DNA from: Candidatus Cloacimonadales bacterium
GTDB lineage: Bacteria > Cloacimonadota > Cloacimonadia > Cloacimonadales > JAIOQZ01
Assembly (NCBI GenBank): GCA_963665815.1
Contig: OY762463.1
Coordinates: 416,001-480,000 of the forward strand
Reading direction: 5' to 3'
DNA length: 64,000 nucleotides
Below are positions 60,720 through 64,000 of the stretch, piece after piece. Under the pieces are notes generated by a model. That model was not told the DNA's origin. It did no database searches and worked only from the letters and a program-made list of their open reading frames with translations. The position numbers and the translations under genes are program-made. Every line of letters begins with the position of its first letter. Position 1 is the stretch's first letter.

Positions 60720-62052
60720 TCCTGATTTACCACTTCAGGACATTTTATTTGATGAATGTATTTATGCTGTTCAGGAGCACATAGAATGCTCAGAAAAGTA
60801 TGAAGAAGTAACAGAAATAATTGATGCTGAAGGAAATCTGCTTATTCCGGGCGGTATAGATCCGCATGTTCATTTCAATGATCCCGGATTTGAAACCAGG
60901 GAAGACTTTCTGACAGGAACAGCCTCTGCATGTGCCGGAGGTATAACAACAGTAATTGATATGCCTTGTACATCAATCCCACCGGTCACTGATGTAAAAT
61001 CATTGAAACACAAGATTGATAAAATAAAAGACAAAGCTTATGTTGATTTTGCCTTATGGGGTGGAATAAGAAATATCGGTGACAATTATTCCGGTGACAT
61101 TAGAGCATTGTGGAATGAAGGTATTGCAGGCTTCAAGATATATACTATCTCCGGAATGGAAACATTCAAAGCCTTACCTTATGAAAAAATATCGAGAGTA
61201 CTGAAAGAATATCCTGATGTTCTATTTGCGTTTCATGCAGAAGACGAGGATGTAATAAATGATGCTGTTTCATCGTTCAGTTCAGATGAACTCGCAGATT
61301 TTCATTCTTATGTGAAATGCAGACCGATAGAAGCAGAATTCACTGCTGTTTCGAAGATTCTTGAATTGATGAAACCGGAAAGCAGATGTCATTTTGTTCA
61401 TATCAGTTCCAGAAAGGCTGCTGAACTGCTAATCAACTCTAAGAAGGAGTATCATTATCTGAGTCTGGAAACATGTCCTCACTATCTTGAGTTTACCAGT
61501 GAAGATTATGGTGAGTTAAGAGGACGTCTTAAAACTGCTCCTCCGGTGAAGTATGAAAATGATCGCATATACTTAAGAACATGTTTGAAACATGCTGATA
61601 TTGATTTTATTGCATCTGATCATGCAGGTTGTATATATGAGACTGAGAAAAACTTCGATGATTTTTCAAAGATTTATAACGGAATTCCCGGGACGCAATT
61701 CATGATTCCTTATATTGTCTCTGAGTTCCTGTGCAAAGGAAAGATTACTGTAAAGACTTTCGTTGATTTAGTATCGGCTAATGCTGCAAAGAGATATGGA
61801 CTTTATCCGACTAAAGGATCAATTAAGGTAGGTTCTGATGCTGATTTTGCGCTAATCAGTTTAACAGAGAGCACTCAAATTAACGAGAAGGATTTGTTTT
61901 CAAAAGGTAAGTATTCACCATTTCATGGAAACGAATTTAAAGGGAGAATATTAAAAACAATATTGAGAGGACAAATAGTTTTCGATAATGGAAATTTACT
62001 GGACAGAAAACCAATAGGTAAAATGATTAGATGTTTTCATAATAACAGTTAA
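60691..62052 (+). CDS. Cyclic amidohydrolase, allantoinase/dihydroorotase family (AllB-like)
   Basis: PGGIDPHVHFNDPG, AGGITTVIDMP, GFK, FHAED, HFVHIS, ETCPHYL, ASDH. Confidence 0.85.
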   Translation: MKLIKNALIDPDLPLQDILFDECIYAVQEHIECSEKYEEVTEIIDAEGNLLIPGGIDPHVHFNDPGFETREDFLTGTASACAGGITTVIDMPCTSIPPVTDVKSLKHKIDKIKDKAYVDFALWGGIRNIGDNYSGDIRALWNEGIAGFKIYTISGMETFKALPYEKISRVLKEYPDVLFAFHAEDEDVINDAVSSFSSDELADFHSYVKCRPIEAEFTAVSKILELMKPESRCHFVHISSRKAAELLINSKKEYHYLSLETCPHYLEFTSEDYGELRGRLKTAPPVKYENDRIYLRTCLKHADIDFIASDHAGCIYETEKNFDDFSKIYNGIPGTQFMIPYIVSEFLCKGKITVKTFVDLVSANAAKRYGLYPTKGSIKVGSDADFALISLTESTQINEKDLFSKGKYSPFHGNEFKGRILKTILRGQIVFDNGNLLDRKPIGKMIRCFHNNS

Positions 62053-62062
62053 GGGAGATATA

Positions 62063-63274
62063 ATGCAATTTGATTTGAATTCATTTCTTGCTTCAATTAC
62101 AATGGCTCTGGATTTCGTTGAGAATGAAGCACTTGATGTAACTCCGAATCACTCAAAAAGAGTAACCTATCTGGCTTTGAAGATGGGTAAGCAATTGAAT
62201 TTTACTGATAAAGAACTATATGAATTGTGTACACTTTCTTTAATGCATGATAATGGGCTTTCAGAAGATATACTTAACACGAAATATGCGAAAGAACTGA
62301 TTCCGGAATCTGAAAGATTATCATTTCTTTCAGAACATAGTGTCATCGGAGAAAAGAATATTAAGAATATTCTACAGTCTGATGAGCATCAGAATGTACT
62401 TAAATATCACCATGAGCAGTTTAATGGTAAAGGTTATTATGGGCTTGCAGGTAATGATATACCTATTTATTCTCAGATTATTGGTTTAGCAGATCATATT
62501 GATTCAAAATTTCATCTGGAAAATCCTGATATTGCTAATCAATTTAATGTTACTGATTATGTAAAAGCCAACAAAAATGTATTGTATTCAAACAATATTG
62601 TTAATCTGTTCTGTGAAGTAAGTAGAAATTCAAGTTTTTGGATGGATATGCAGAATCTTTTTATTGATCAGGCTTTAAATGAAATTCTCCCTGTAAATTA
62701 TAGTGAAATAACTTTTAAGAATGTATTCGAAAAATTAAATTTCTTTTCAATAATTATCGACTCAAAATCAAAATATACAAAGAATCATACTTCCGGATTA
62801 ATTAAAAAAATGGATACTGTTACAGATAACTTAAGGGTTAATGAGTCCACAAAGTATAAGCTGATGCTTGCGGCTAATCTTCATGATATTGGAAAACTTG
62901 CTATTCCTGCCAGTATTCTGGATGATACAAAGAGTCTTAATGAAGAGCAGCACAAATTAATTCAGTATCACACTTATCTGACCGGGGCAATGCTTGGAAA
63001 TCTGAAGGATTTCAGCGATGTCAGAACCTGGGCAGCTAATCATCATGAAAAATTGAATGGTAAGGGTTACCCTTATGGCAAGAAAGCAAAAGATCTTGAT
63101 TTTGAATCACGCTTAATGACTTGTCTTGATATATATCAAGCTTTAACTGAAGAGCGACCATACAGAAAATCTGCAGAACATTCACATGCAATCAAAATTA
63201 TGAATAATATGGCGTTGAATTATTACATTGATGGTGATATTGTAGATATTATTGAAAAGACGTTCAGGGACTAA
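62063..63274 (+). CDS. Tandem HD-GYP domain phosphodiesterase
   Basis: MHDNG...HHEQFNGKGYYG and LHDIGK...HHEKLNGKGYPYG...RPYRK. Confidence 0.9.
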   Translation: MQFDLNSFLASITMALDFVENEALDVTPNHSKRVTYLALKMGKQLNFTDKELYELCTLSLMHDNGLSEDILNTKYAKELIPESERLSFLSEHSVIGEKNIKNILQSDEHQNVLKYHHEQFNGKGYYGLAGNDIPIYSQIIGLADHIDSKFHLENPDIANQFNVTDYVKANKNVLYSNNIVNLFCEVSRNSSFWMDMQNLFIDQALNEILPVNYSEITFKNVFEKLNFFSIIIDSKSKYTKNHTSGLIKKMDTVTDNLRVNESTKYKLMLAANLHDIGKLAIPASILDDTKSLNEEQHKLIQYHTYLTGAMLGNLKDFSDVRTWAANHHEKLNGKGYPYGKKAKDLDFESRLMTCLDIYQALTEERPYRKSAEHSHAIKIMNNMALNYYIDGDIVDIIEKTFRD

Positions 63275-64000
63275 TACTCAATAGATTTAATAATATCTTC
63301 GATATTAAATTCTTTCGAGATAAAATTAACTTCATCTCTCTTTAAGCTTGTATTGTATTCAGTAACAGCTTTCGCAGATCCTGAAGCAGAACCGAAATAC
63401 CAGCCAGAGCCAAACAGACATATTGCTCCACCAGTAATATAGTTTTCGTTGCTGAACAATTCATATGCTGAGAATATTATAAGACCATTTACAATAAAAC
63501 TGGCAATACCTGTACTTTTGCGTTCAGCATAAATATAGCCTGATCCGGGAATTACATATCCGGAGTATTTTGCTAACCCCGGGCTTTTCAGCTTCAAATT
63601 ACTGAGATTCTGAATTTGCTCAATAGTAATATCATACTTTTGCATGATAGTTCTATAATAGTCCTGATTATTCAGAATTTCAAAGTAATCGAAGTTTTTG
63701 AGATTAGCGAAGAAAAGAATTATCTTCATCTGCAGGTTGTTGTCTATATATTCCGAACCTGAAGATAGTAGTTTACCTATTGCCATTTCATAGTTCTCGT
63801 GGAAGTACAATTTAGCGGAAAGTAAAACAATAAGTTTCTGCATATATTCATCATCATCATGGAAAAGATCTTCAAAATGGATAGCATAAACATAGAATGA
63901 TCCGACATCAAGTCCCTGGAAACCTGTCTTCAAAAACTCGAGAGAAATATGCTTACGCATCGAATCATTTTTACATTCATAAAAGCTTTGAATCCTTGTT
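63271..64000 (-). CDS. Hypothetical membrane-associated protein, 5' end outside the window
   Basis: Frame stays open to base 64000; KSP.LA...VIPGSGY.Y motif with two TM segments. Confidence 0.65.
   Translation of the reverse strand, partial: TRIQSFYECKNDSMRKHISLEFLKTGFQGLDVGSFYVYAIHFEDLFHDDDEYMQKLIVLLSAKLYFHENYEMAIGKLLSSGSEYIDNNLQMKIILFFANLKNFDYFEILNNQDYYRTIMQKYDITIEQIQNLSNLKLKSPGLAKYSGYVIPGSGYIYAERKSTGIASFIVNGLIIFSAYELFSNENYITGGAICLFGSGWYFGSASGSAKAVTEYNTSLKRDEVNFISKEFNIEDIIKSIEY

Noticed and set aside
821-63960. Numerous 60-135 aa ORFs overlapping long genes on the opposite strand or other frames
   Set aside because: Shadow ORFs of well-supported genes, without RBS or recognisable motifs.

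Overview
AT-rich (roughly one-third GC by eye), gene-dense bacterial chromosomal window. Three large secreted proteins end in a FlgD-Ig/'NYPNPFNP...IYNIKGQ...SGVYFY...KKxxLLK' sorting-type domain, which points to an FCB-group anaerobe such as Cloacimonadota (inference). Housekeeping and metabolic genes include prc (partial), tmk, mscS, tkt, thrS, kdsD, an RND efflux operon with a LytS/LytTR pair, two hemerythrins and a purine-catabolism-like cluster (ssnA-like, Mo+FAD fused xanthine-dehydrogenase-family subunit, 2Fe-2S subunit, allantoinase-like). Two accessory regions stand out. (1) 13.1-17.7 kb holds a REP-associated tyrosine transposase that carries its own REP doublet in-frame, several other palindromic repeats, a NACHT-pentapeptide-LRR (NLR-like) gene and a second decayed RAYT. 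(2) 28.5-33.0 kb is a tandem array of three secreted beta-propeller-like paralogs. Each has its own promoter/RBS, they are bracketed by four exact copies of a 52-bp sequence, they show patchwork mosaicism, and the array abuts a truncated OleC-like pseudogene. No rRNA, tRNA, CRISPR array, integrase or reverse transcriptase was seen. All family calls come from motif recognition, not database searches.
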